Source: Chitinophaga pinensis
Lineage (GTDB): Bacteria; Bacteroidota; Bacteroidia; UKL13-3
Direction: 5' to 3'
Assembly (NCBI GenBank): GCA_945860865.1
Contig: CAMARW010000005.1
Span: 4,364-68,363, forward strand
Length of the DNA: 64,000 nt
Below the pieces are notes generated by a model, which worked only from the letters and a program-made list of their open reading frames with translations, had not been told where the DNA came from and did no database searches. Numbering within the stretch: the first letter of the stretch is position 1; every line of letters starts with the position of its first letter. A program made the position numbers and the translations under genes. Of the stretch, positions 20,681-29,099 are shown one piece after another.

Positions 20681-21475
20681 ATGGCATCAAAATTAGATAT
20701 ATTTGATAATAAGTGGGTTGAACTAATATTCAACAACCGTAACAAAGAATATGGTGCTTATGTATTGCGTAAAAAAGGGGATGAATACACTATTAAGGGT
20801 ATCGTTTTATCTGTTGTTTTGTTTACCTTAACAATATCAGCACCCGTTATTATTAACTACTTTAAATCAAAATTGGCAGTAGAAAACGAAGTTAAAGTTA
20901 CAGATGTAACCACTTTAGAAGAACCGCCACCCATTGATAAAAATGAACCACCTCCACCCCCAACGGAGCCACCGCCACCTTTAAAAAGTACGGTGAAGTT
21001 TACGCCACCAGAAATTAAGCCCGATCAAGAGGTGCCAGATGAAGAACCACCTCCCATTCAGGAAGAAATGAAGGATAAAGATGCTGGTGTTAAAACAGAA
21101 GAAGGTAACCCAGATGGGGTTGATGCCAGTTTAGCAGCTGGTGATGGTGATGGAAATGAGATTTTAACATTTGCAGAGCAAATGCCTGAATTTGCTGGGG
21201 GAATTGAGGAGATGTATAAATTCCTTGGTAAAAATATTATGTACCCAGCTCAAGCAAGAGAAAATAGTCAAGAAGGAAAAGTTGTTTTTACTTTTGTAGT
21301 AGGAGTAGATGGGAAGATTTCTCAAATTGAACAAGTTGGAAGAAAATTAGGTTGGGGTTTAGATGAGGAAGCAATTCGTGTAATAAAAAATATGCCACCT
21401 TGGACTCCTGGTAAGCAAAATGGAAAAGCCGTTACGGTTAAATTTACTTTGCCTATCAAATTCCAATTAAACTAA
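20681..21475 (+). CDS. tonB: Energy transducer TonB
   Basis: NRNKEYGAY, TM helix, Pro-rich linker, C-terminal YP..A / WTPGKQNG domain. Confidence 0.93.
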   Translation: MASKLDIFDNKWVELIFNNRNKEYGAYVLRKKGDEYTIKGIVLSVVLFTLTISAPVIINYFKSKLAVENEVKVTDVTTLEEPPPIDKNEPPPPPTEPPPPLKSTVKFTPPEIKPDQEVPDEEPPPIQEEMKDKDAGVKTEEGNPDGVDASLAAGDGDGNEILTFAEQMPEFAGGIEEMYKFLGKNIMYPAQARENSQEGKVVFTFVVGVDGKISQIEQVGRKLGWGLDEEAIRVIKNMPPWTPGKQNGKAVTVKFTLPIKFQLN

Positions 21476-21486
21476 GTTAATTAATC

Positions 21487-21543
21487 AAGGCCTGAACCTG
21501 CCCAATCATTTTGCTTGCAATAGATTAGGTAGGTTCAGGCCTT
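21487..21543. repeat. Long intergenic inverted repeat (hairpin) after tonB
   Basis: AAGGCCTGAACCTGCCCAATC (21487-21507) pairs with GATTAGGTAGGTTCAGGCCTT (21523-21543) at 19/21 positions. Confidence 0.85.
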
Positions 21544-21555
21544 ATGTTTTAAAAT

Positions 21556-21777
21556 ATGAACGAGAAACTAGAGGAAATCAGAGAAAAAAGAGATACTAAA
21601 GTAGGGTCTATTTTTAAATATTTCAGCGCCATCATGGGATTCTTTTACATGCTATTTGGTGTAGTTTTCTACTTTTTCCCATTTGTAGAAAAAATAGATG
21701 TTTGGGCTAAAATTGGGGTTAGCGCCGTTTTGTTTTTATATGGTGCATTCAGATTAAAAAGAGCTTTGTGGAAATGA
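21556..21777 (+). CDS. Small two-TM membrane protein
   Basis: Two hydrophobic helices, YGAFR end; ATGA overlap with next gene. Confidence 0.75.
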   Translation: MNEKLEEIREKRDTKVGSIFKYFSAIMGFFYMLFGVVFYFFPFVEKIDVWAKIGVSAVLFLYGAFRLKRALWK

Positions 21778-22703
21778 AAAATATTTTTGGCTTCCTGGTT
21801 TTGGTTATCCTTTTGGCTTGCAACAACGAGCCTGCTAAAGATAGTTTAGATACCCCTACAAGTGGAGAAATTACCGTAAGTTGTGATGAAAGTTTAAAGC
21901 CTATTATTGAAGCAGAACAAATGGTTTTTGAGCAATTGCATCCCAATGCAAAAGTAAAAATGGTATACCTAAGTGAGTTTGATGCCATTCAATATATGTT
22001 AAAAGACAGCGCACGATTAGCTATTGTAACCCGAGAATTAAATGAAAGTGAACTGGCTGTTTTAAAAGACCAAAAAATTAGTAAAGCGCGTTACCACAAG
22101 ATTGGCTATGATGCCATAGCCTTCATTTTAAATCCAGAAAATAAAGATACCAGCTTTTCATTAGCTCAAATTAATGGTTTATTGAGCGGACAAATTACTG
22201 AATGGAAACAGATTTCTGCTCAGTCTAAGTTAGGGAAAATACAAGTAGTATTTGATCATCCTAAATCAGGTTCGATTAGGTATTTAGAAGACAGTGTTTT
22301 GAAAGGCAGTGCTATGGGTAAAAATTGTTTCGCCTTGCAAAATAATCCTGCCGTGTTGGATTATGTGCAACAAAATAAAAACGCTATTGGTATTATTGGG
22401 GTAAGTTGGATTAGCGATTTAGATGATACACAAGCTAAGTTTTTTCTAAATAATATAAAAGTTGCTGAGATAGAACCTATACTTATGCGGGTAGCCGGGA
22501 TAACTAATAAACCAATACAAGGAAATATAGCCTTAAAGCAATATCCTTATTGGAGAAATATAAAAGTTGTAAGCAGAGAAATGCGCTCTGGACTTGGCAC
22601 AGGCTTTGCTAGTTTTATGGAAAGTGAACCTGGACAAAAGATTATATTAAAAGGTGGGCTTGTACCACAACGATCATCAATTAGAACAATCAATTTAAAT
22701 TAA
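21774..22703 (+). CDS. PstS-like substrate-binding lipoprotein
   Basis: Lipobox LLAC, DTPTSG..SCDES, YDAIAFI, NAIGIIG. Confidence 0.85.
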   Translation: MKNIFGFLVLVILLACNNEPAKDSLDTPTSGEITVSCDESLKPIIEAEQMVFEQLHPNAKVKMVYLSEFDAIQYMLKDSARLAIVTRELNESELAVLKDQKISKARYHKIGYDAIAFILNPENKDTSFSLAQINGLLSGQITEWKQISAQSKLGKIQVVFDHPKSGSIRYLEDSVLKGSAMGKNCFALQNNPAVLDYVQQNKNAIGIIGVSWISDLDDTQAKFFLNNIKVAEIEPILMRVAGITNKPIQGNIALKQYPYWRNIKVVSREMRSGLGTGFASFMESEPGQKIILKGGLVPQRSSIRTINLN

Positions 22704-22708
22704 GCATT

Positions 22709-24343
22709 ATGGGAAAGAGAATAATAGGATTTATAGGGGCAGTAATAGTATGTTTTGCCCTTCAAGCTCAAACTTTACAAGAAGGTTTGAGATTTATTGA
22801 TTCAGAAAAATACGAGGCATCTCGTGATTTATTTGGTAAATTAAAAATCACTGAACCTAAAAATGGTGATAATTGGTTTTACTTGGGTCAATCTTATATT
22901 TACCTTCTTCAAAATGATTCGGCCAAGGCAAGTTTTGAAATGGGTATTCAGCAAGCACCTACCAATCCAGCAAATTATGCTGGCTTAGGTGAATTGGAGT
23001 TAATTGCAGAAAATAAAACCGCAGCAAAAGTTCACTTTGATAAGGCACTTAGCTTTAGTAAAAACCGCGCAGGTGTATTTACAGATATACGTGCCATTGC
23101 CTTAGTTGCTGGTAGCATGGCCAATGCTAACCTTAAAATGTTAGATGAAGCAGAGGCTTTAATTAAAATGGGTTTTGAACAAGATAGAAAAAACTATGAT
23201 TTATTAATTGCTGGTGGAGATGTATATTTAGAAAGAAACGATGGGGGTAATGCAGCCACTTTTTATGAGCGCGCCATTGCTATAGATACTATAAATCCGA
23301 AAGCTTATGTGCGTGTTTCTAACATTTGGATTCGTGTAAAAAACTTTGAACAAGCACAATTTGATTTGAATAGGGCTTTTGAAAAGGATCCTAATTATGC
23401 ACAAGGCTGGAAATACCAAGCAGAATTATATTATGCGCAAAGAAAATTTGCTTTGGCTAAGGAAGCTTATAAAAAATATTTAGAATTTTCTGAACCTAGT
23501 ATTGCCAACCAAGTTAGGTTTGTTAGGATTTTGTTTTTAAGCAAAGCCTACGATGAAGCACTCGAAAGAATTGATAGTGTTTTAGCCATGGATAAAAATA
23601 ATTTACTGCTTAACAGGTTAAGGGCATTTTCTATTGCTGAAGTTTTGGAGGGAAAAAATAATCCTGAGCAAGCCAAGAGTGCTATTTCGTCTTTAAACTT
23701 TTATTTAACCAATGTTGATCCTAAGAAAATTATTGGTGCTGATTTTGAATACCTAGCAAAACTTTTGATTAAAACGGGTAACAATGATTCTGCTGCCATT
23801 GCCAATTTTAAGAAAGCAATGGAAATGAGTCCGAATAACATTAATATATACACAGACCTTGCCAAAGCGTATAATAAAATGCGCTTATTTGATAGCGCTG
23901 CGCTGTGCTACGAAAATTATATTGCCGTTTCTAGAAAGGTTACTGCCGCTGATCATTTTTTGCATGGTAAGGCTTTGTATTATGCCAAACAATATGCTAA
24001 ATCAGATTCTGCTTTTGTACGTGTAACTGAGATTAAACCAGACTATCCAGATTCTTATTTGTGGAGAGGTAATTGTTTATCTGGCCTAGATTTAGATTTT
24101 AAAACTGATGCGCCTAAAGTACAATATGAAAAGTATATAGAGCTTTTAATGGTAGACCCAGAGAAGTTTGAAACGAGCTTAAAAGTAAAGAATAAAATTG
24201 GTTTAATCAACGCATATACATACCTTGGATACTATAACTTAAACAAGGATAAAAATGTTGAAGCAAAAGAATTCTACAAAAAAGTTATCGATCTAGACCC
24301 TAATAATGCTGAAGCTAAAAAGGTTTTAGCCGACAAAAAATAA
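22709..24343 (+). CDS. Secreted tetratricopeptide-repeat protein
   Basis: Signal peptide, many TPR-like units ending DP.NA. Confidence 0.9.
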   Translation: MGKRIIGFIGAVIVCFALQAQTLQEGLRFIDSEKYEASRDLFGKLKITEPKNGDNWFYLGQSYIYLLQNDSAKASFEMGIQQAPTNPANYAGLGELELIAENKTAAKVHFDKALSFSKNRAGVFTDIRAIALVAGSMANANLKMLDEAEALIKMGFEQDRKNYDLLIAGGDVYLERNDGGNAATFYERAIAIDTINPKAYVRVSNIWIRVKNFEQAQFDLNRAFEKDPNYAQGWKYQAELYYAQRKFALAKEAYKKYLEFSEPSIANQVRFVRILFLSKAYDEALERIDSVLAMDKNNLLLNRLRAFSIAEVLEGKNNPEQAKSAISSLNFYLTNVDPKKIIGADFEYLAKLLIKTGNNDSAAIANFKKAMEMSPNNINIYTDLAKAYNKMRLFDSAALCYENYIAVSRKVTAADHFLHGKALYYAKQYAKSDSAFVRVTEIKPDYPDSYLWRGNCLSGLDLDFKTDAPKVQYEKYIELLMVDPEKFETSLKVKNKIGLINAYTYLGYYNLNKDKNVEAKEFYKKVIDLDPNNAEAKKVLADKK

Positions 24344-24345
24344 GG

Positions 24346-25026
24346 TTACCACATATCTAAATCCTCATAATTAAATGGACCGGATATGGCTATACCCACA
24401 AATACAGATTGTGGTCTATGGTCATATCCTACATTTAATACTACTCTTTTAAAAACAGGTACAAATATTCCAAATCCGAAATTTAATTTAAATTTTTGGT
24501 AGTCTTTTTCATCCAGCCAAATGGTTTCACCGGGTGATAAATAAATGGGTTGAAATTCGGATAAAATAACTCTGTTTGCTATACCCATCCCAAAATAAAC
24601 TGGGATTTTCTGTGTAATGGGAATAACATAGTTTAGGTTTAAATTTAACAAGTAAAATTCTTTTTGCTTGCCCGTTTGCCAATTGTTTCTGCGCGCTAAT
24701 GTAATATCTAAGCCTGATTTATTTCCAGAAAAACCCTCTCTTATAGTTGGCAAATCTGCCCTCCAACTTATTCCAAAACCGTGTCTTCTATAGCCTACAT
24801 GGTTTCCTCCCACAATTAATTTATTGGCAGGAAAAACTCCCACGCCCAGCGAATTATATACAACAGGTTTTCCTTTTTGACTACTTTTATGCTCCTTTTC
24901 TATTGCTGTAAAATGGGTTTGAACCAAGTTTTGGTTCAGGCCGAGATAGGGCGAAAACAAAAAGAAGGCAAAACCAAGGATTGGCTTGGATGCATAGAAT
25001 GTTGAGAATAAGTTTATTTTTGCCAT
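24346..25026 (-). CDS. Hypothetical protein, probable outer-membrane beta-barrel
   Basis: Start moved to ATG 25026 to avoid overlap with trmD; hydrophobic N-terminus; amphipathic strands (LNLNYVIP, VYFGMG, LNFGFGIF, LNVGYD). Confidence 0.6.
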   Translation of the reverse strand: MAKINLFSTFYASKPILGFAFFLFSPYLGLNQNLVQTHFTAIEKEHKSSQKGKPVVYNSLGVGVFPANKLIVGGNHVGYRRHGFGISWRADLPTIREGFSGNKSGLDITLARRNNWQTGKQKEFYLLNLNLNYVIPITQKIPVYFGMGIANRVILSEFQPIYLSPGETIWLDEKDYQKFKLNFGFGIFVPVFKRVVLNVGYDHRPQSVFVGIAISGPFNYEDLDMW

Positions 25027-25030
25027 TGCT

Positions 25031-25705
25031 ATGCAAGTTGATGTTTTAACTTTATTTCCCCAAATTTTTAACGGGCCTTTTTCTGAATCCATCATTAAAC
25101 GTGCCATTGAACGTAAATTGGTTTCCATTAACTTACACAATGTTAGGGATTATTCTTTGTCTAAACACAAGAATGTAGACGATTATCCTTTTGGTGGTGG
25201 CGCCGGAATGGTGATGCAAATTGAACCGATTCACAGGTGTATAGATGCCTTAAAAGAACAAGGTTCTTATGATGAGGTTATTTATATGAGTCCAGATGGG
25301 GAACCTTTTACGCAGAAAATTGCCAATGAATTATCTACGAAAAATAAGCTCATTTTTTTGTGTGGCCACTATAAAGGGGTAGATGAGCGCGTACGCGAAC
25401 ATCTGGTAACGCGCGAATTAAGCTTGGGAGATTTTGTACTTACAGGTGGTGAAATTGCCGCTGCTGCCATGATAGATGCCATAGTACGTTTAATACCTGG
25501 CACCCTCAACGATGAAACTTCGGCCCTAAGCGATTCGTTCCAAGATGATTTAATTAGTCCGCCCGTATACACCCGCCCAGCAGATTATAATGGTTGGAAG
25601 GTTCCGGAAGTTTTATTGTCTGGTCACCAAGCTAAAATTGATGAATGGCGCCATGAGCAAAGTTTGGCTCGAACCAAAGAAAGACGCCCTAATTTAGGAG
25701 AGTAG
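25031..25705 (+). CDS. trmD: tRNA (guanine37-N1)-methyltransferase
   Basis: VDDYPFGGGAGMVM, CGHYKGVDER, SLGDFVLTGGE, YTRP. Confidence 0.97.
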   Translation: MQVDVLTLFPQIFNGPFSESIIKRAIERKLVSINLHNVRDYSLSKHKNVDDYPFGGGAGMVMQIEPIHRCIDALKEQGSYDEVIYMSPDGEPFTQKIANELSTKNKLIFLCGHYKGVDERVREHLVTRELSLGDFVLTGGEIAAAAMIDAIVRLIPGTLNDETSALSDSFQDDLISPPVYTRPADYNGWKVPEVLLSGHQAKIDEWRHEQSLARTKERRPNLGE

Positions 25706-25710
25706 TGTTT

Positions 25711-25804
25711 ATGGTCCATGGTCCATAGACCAATTGAATTAAATTTTATTGTATAAGCATCTGTAATACAATGACTATGGACTATGGACTATGGGCCATG
25801 GACT
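25711..25804. repeat. Inverted pair of heptamer arrays (GGTCCAT.. / ..ATGGACT)
   Basis: Left GGTCCAT GGTCCAT AGACCAA; right ATGGACT ATGGACT ATGGGCC ATGGACT followed by a T tract. Confidence 0.85.
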
Positions 25805-25880
25805 TTTTTTTTAGCTTCTCTTTTGTATTTAAATGAAAAAGTCTATTTTCGCAGTCCGATTTTTAGAAAAGAATAGCAAC

Positions 25881-26228
25881 ATGGACGCAATAAAATTTGT
25901 AGAGCAAGAATTTACACAAGGAAAAACTTTCCCGGCATTTGCCGCTGGAGATACCATTAACGTACACTATAAAATTCGTGAAGGCGCAAAAGAGCGTATT
26001 CAGCAATACCAAGGTGTAGTAATTCAACGCAGAAATGCAGGTTTAAGCGAAACTGTTACAGTGCGTAAAATTTCTAATGGTGTAGGTGTAGAGCGTATTT
26101 TTCCATTATACAGCTTAAACATTGATAAAATAGAATTAGTAATGCGTGGTAAAGTCCGCAGAGCTCGTTTGTTTTACTTACGTGAAGCTAAGGGTAAAAA
26201 TGCTAAGATTAAAGAAAGAAGAGGGTAA
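25881..26228 (+). CDS. rplS: 50S ribosomal protein L19
   Basis: [49 protein letters not shown] 25881. Confidence 0.97.
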   Translation: MDAIKFVEQEFTQGKTFPAFAAGDTINVHYKIREGAKERIQQYQGVVIQRRNAGLSETVTVRKISNGVGVERIFPLYSLNIDKIELVMRGKVRRARLFYLREAKGKNAKIKERRG

Positions 26229-26250
26229 AAATTAAATAACTTAAGCAATA

Positions 26251-26287
26251 GACCCCGGCTCATTCATTTGGGTCGGGGTTTTTGTTT
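26251..26287 (+). terminator. Rho-independent terminator after rplS
   Basis: GACCCCGGCTCA / TGGGTCGGGGTT stem followed by TTTGTTT. Confidence 0.8.
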
Positions 26288-26293
26288 GAAATG

Positions 26294-26416
26294 CATAGTC
26301 CATAGACCATAGTCCATGGATTACAGGCGATAGTTATAGATTTGATGCAAAGAGAAACGGATTAAAAAATCATAGAAAAACAAAAACTATGGTCTATGGT
26401 CTATGGACTATCGACC
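26294..26416. repeat. Inverted pair of heptamer arrays (AGTCCAT.. / ..ATGGTCT)
   Basis: 26295-26317 matches the reverse complement of 26389-26411 at 22/23 positions. Confidence 0.9.
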
Positions 26417-26440
26417 AAAAAAGAGATCAACTACCAAAAA

Positions 26441-29086
26441 ATGAACGAATTAGCAAAAACATATACGCCACAAGATTTTGAAGATAAGTGGTATGCTTAT
26501 TGGTTAAACCAAAAGTTTTTTCATGCCGAGCCCAATCCGGATAAAGAGCCATATACTATTGTAATTCCGCCGCCAAATGTTACGGGAGTTTTGCATATGG
26601 GCCATATGCTTAATAATACCATTCAAGACGTTTTGGTGCGCAGGGCCCGCATGCAAGGTAAAAATGCCTGCTGGGTGCCTGGAACAGACCATGCTTCTAT
26701 TGCTACAGAAGCCAAGGTTGTTCAATTATTGCGTGAACAAGGAATTAAAAAATCTGATTTAAGTAGAGAAGATTTTTTAAAGCATGCCTACTCTTGGAAA
26801 GAAAAGTATGGTGGAATTATCTTAGAACAGCTTAAAAAGTTAGGTGCTAGTTGCGACTGGGATAGAACACGTTTTACGATGGAACCTAAGTTAAGCGAGG
26901 CTGTTATTGATGTGTTTATTGATATGTACAATAAGGGCTTAATATACCGTGGTTTGCGCATGGTAAATTGGGATCCGCAGGGTAAAACAGCCTTGAGTGA
27001 TGAAGAAGTAATACACAAAGAAGTACAATCTAAGTTATATTATATCAAGTATTTTATGGCAGATGGCAGCGGTAATTATGTTACCATTGCTACCACTAGG
27101 CCAGAGACTATATTGGCTGATGTGGCTATTTGCGTTCATCCTTCAGATGAGCGCTATAAACACCTATTAGGTCAAAAATGCTTGGTTCCATTTATCCATA
27201 GAGAGATTCCAATTATAGCCGATGAATATATAGATCCAGCTTTTGGTACAGGTTGTTTAAAGGTAACACCCGCGCACGATCCAAATGATTATCTTATAGG
27301 ACAAAAGCATGGTTTAGAGGTAATTGATGTATTAAATGAGGATGGGTTTTTAAATGAAAATGCACTGGATGCCAGGTATATTGGTAAAGATAGATTTGCA
27401 GTTAGGAAGCAAATTGCCATTGATTTAGAGGAAGCCGGACATATTGAAAAAATTGAGGAACACAAAAACCAAGTTGGAACTAGTGAGCGAACGGGCGCTG
27501 TAATAGAGCCACGTTTGAGTTTGCAATGGTGGGTAGATATGAAGAAATTTATGGCCAGAAACCCGCAAGTATTAGATGCGGTAATGAGCGATGAAATTCA
27601 ATTTCACCCGGCTAAAATGAAAAATACCTACAAACACTGGATAGATAATATCAAAGATTGGTGTATTAGCAGGCAGCTTTGGTGGGGACAACAAATTCCG
27701 GCTTGGTACGATGAAAGTGGAAATCTTGTTGCTGTTGCAAAAACCGAAGCCGAAGCCATGGAAGTTTTAAAAGCCAGAGGCCAAGAGCCAATTGCTAACA
27801 GCTTAAAACAAGACGAAGACGTTTTAGACACTTGGTTTAGTTCTTGGTTATGGCCAATTTCTGTGTTTGATGGTTTTGAAGACCCTGAAAATGCAGATAT
27901 TAAACATTTTTATCCAACCAATGATTTAGTTACGGCACCAGAAATTATGTTTTTCTGGGTGTTTAGAATGATCATGGCAGGATACGAATGGCGAGGCGAA
28001 AAACCGTTTAGCAATGTATATTATACCGGTATTGTGAGGGATAAGCAACGCCGAAAAATGAGTAAGTCTTTAGGTAACTCACCCGACCCACTAGACCTTA
28101 TTGCCAAATATGGCGCAGATGGGGTTCGTATGGGCATGTTGCTTTGTTCTCCTGCCGGAAATGATATCTTGTTTGATGACAGTCAGGTTGAGCAAGGAAG
28201 AAATTTTGCCAATAAAATCTGGAATGCGTTTAGGTTGGTAAAAGGCTGGGAAGTGAAGCCAGATAGTGGGTTCAGCCCAGAGATTATTGTGGCCAACCAA
28301 ACCAGTGCGCGTTGGTTTGCAGCTAGGTTACATGATGCTTTGCTTGATATTGAAGAGAAGTACAAAGGATACCGATTAAGTGAAGCTTTAATGAGCATTT
28401 ACAAACTTATTTGGGACGATTTTTGTGCTTGGTATTTAGAAATGGTGAAGCCAGTTTATGGCGAACCAATGAACGAAAGTACTTACCAAACTACCTTGTC
28501 ATTTTTTGAAGAATTGATGAAGGTTTTGCATCCTTTTATGCCATTTATTACCGAAGAAATTTGGCAAAATATGGCTGAACGCAAAGCGGGTGAATCTATT
28601 TGTGTGGCCAATTACCCTGTGGCTATTGGGGTAAGTGCGCCTGATTTATCGCGTGTTTTTGAAAGCATTCAGCAAATAAGAAACCTTAGAAATGCCAAAG
28701 GATTAAGTCCGAAAGAGGCTTTTGAAATATACATTAAAGCCAAAGATCAAAGCTTATATGCGCCATTTGTTTTCTTGTTAAAAAAATTAGCCAATGTTAG
28801 TGCTATTCATTTTGTAGACGCTCAACCGCAGGGAAGCACCTTGTTACCTGTAGATACCGATGAACTCTTTGTGGTATTAAATTTACAAGTAGATGAAGCC
28901 GCCGAGCGCGAGAAAATGGAAAAGGAAATTGAATACCTAGAAGGTTTCATGAAATCTGTGGATGCCAAGTTAAGCAACGAAAAATTTGTTGCCAACGCCA
29001 AGCCAGAATTGGTAGAAAAAGAGCGTCAGAAAAAAGCAGATGCCGCCGCCAAAATTGAAATATTAAGAAAGAGTTTAGAAGGATAA
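26441..29086 (+). CDS. valS: Valine--tRNA ligase
   Basis: PPPNVTGVLHMGH, DWCISRQLWWG, DVLDTWFSS, KMSKSLGN; ATG 26441 (track extension is translated repeat). Confidence 0.98.
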   Translation: MNELAKTYTPQDFEDKWYAYWLNQKFFHAEPNPDKEPYTIVIPPPNVTGVLHMGHMLNNTIQDVLVRRARMQGKNACWVPGTDHASIATEAKVVQLLREQGIKKSDLSREDFLKHAYSWKEKYGGIILEQLKKLGASCDWDRTRFTMEPKLSEAVIDVFIDMYNKGLIYRGLRMVNWDPQGKTALSDEEVIHKEVQSKLYYIKYFMADGSGNYVTIATTRPETILADVAICVHPSDERYKHLLGQKCLVPFIHREIPIIADEYIDPAFGTGCLKVTPAHDPNDYLIGQKHGLEVIDVLNEDGFLNENALDARYIGKDRFAVRKQIAIDLEEAGHIEKIEEHKNQVGTSERTGAVIEPRLSLQWWVDMKKFMARNPQVLDAVMSDEIQFHPAKMKNTYKHWIDNIKDWCISRQLWWGQQIPAWYDESGNLVAVAKTEAEAMEVLKARGQEPIANSLKQDEDVLDTWFSSWLWPISVFDGFEDPENADIKHFYPTNDLVTAPEIMFFWVFRMIMAGYEWRGEKPFSNVYYTGIVRDKQRRKMSKSLGNSPDPLDLIAKYGADGVRMGMLLCSPAGNDILFDDSQVEQGRNFANKIWNAFRLVKGWEVKPDSGFSPEIIVANQTSARWFAARLHDALLDIEEKYKGYRLSEALMSIYKLIWDDFCAWYLEMVKPVYGEPMNESTYQTTLSFFEELMKVLHPFMPFITEEIWQNMAERKAGESICVANYPVAIGVSAPDLSRVFESIQQIRNLRNAKGLSPKEAFEIYIKAKDQSLYAPFVFLLKKLANVSAIHFVDAQPQGSTLLPVDTDELFVVLNLQVDEAAEREKMEKEIEYLEGFMKSVDAKLSNEKFVANAKPELVEKERQKKADAAAKIEILRKSLEG

Positions 29087-29099
29087 AGAAAACGTTATT

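Noticed and set aside
25711..26416. Repeats as a possible CRISPR array
   Set aside because: 7-nt tandem units in inverted orientation, no constant repeat-spacer pattern, no cas genes
26396..26440. MVYGLST N-terminal extension of ValS
   Set aside because: Translated heptamer array; ATG 26441 gives a normal start
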